NCBI RefSeq assembly: GCF_018350175.1
Contig: NC_058368.1
Location: 22,322,001-22,386,000 of the forward strand
Direction: 5' to 3'
Length of the DNA stretch: 64,000 nt
Origin: Felis catus
Taxonomy: Eukaryota
Below are positions 63,641 through 64,000 of the stretch, piece by piece. The translations under genes and the position numbers were made by a program. Under the pieces are notes generated by a model. The model was given only the letters and a program-made list of their open reading frames with translations, did not search any database and had not been told where the DNA came from. Positions within the stretch are counted from its first letter, which is position 1. Each line of letters begins with the position of its first letter.

Positions 63641-64000
63641 ACATATATATTAAAAAATTATAAAAGCTTACAATACATTTTAAAAAACAAAATTTGCCTT
63701 TGAACACTATTGGCCATTAATGTCCTTTTAACAAGCAACTCTCGACATTGATATCCATAGAGCCATTTTTCTTTTCTTTTTTTTTTTTACAATGTGATAA
63801 TTGAAGCACTACAAGATTCAATGGGATAGACATGCACTGTATTCTAAATCTTTAGATTTTCAATATTCTAAATTTATCTGAAGTGTGCTAGAGATTGCTA
63901 GGAAAAAAACCATTTATCTTTTGATTACCTGCCAAATAAAATTGGAAATCATGTGCATATCCCTACATCACTCTCAAAGATACCACCTAAACTCATTTTC

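Noticed and set aside
40437..64000. FNDC3A main promoter or first non-coding exon
   Set aside because: No CpG island or GC-rich promoter in the window; it presumably lies to the right.

Overview
This is felid (cat-like) genomic DNA: AT-rich, with no CpG island and dense in carnivore tRNA-derived SINEs (SINEC_Fc type), L1, MaLR/ERVL LTRs and hAT relics. The whole window lies inside the 5' part of FNDC3A, transcribed on the minus strand. Two coding exons are present: 40436-40299 (39-nt 5'UTR plus MAEHPPLLDTAQILSSDISLLSAPIVSADGTQQ) and 21000-20925 (VILVQVNPGEAFTIRREDGQFQCIT-G). The upstream non-coding exon and the next coding exon (GPAQVPMM...) are not in the window. The most interesting unexplained element is a non-repetitive block at about 12.7-13.55 kb in the intron after the second coding exon. 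On the gene strand it reads CCAAT box, perfect CRE (TGACGTCA), GT/GC box, then an exon-like segment ending in a consensus GTGAGT donor whose open frame is phase-compatible with the next FNDC3A exon. It is a candidate internal promoter/alternative first exon, or a poison cassette exon. Other observations: a 3-codon uORF 2 nt before the FNDC3A start codon; a U2 snRNA retro-fragment mutated into a perfect splice donor; a young SINE truncated about 55 nt from a splice donor; an L1 with a short 3'-transduced tag; a SINE with four copies of its B-box core; and an internally inverted SINE. Repeat family names and boundaries are from visual recognition and are approximate.
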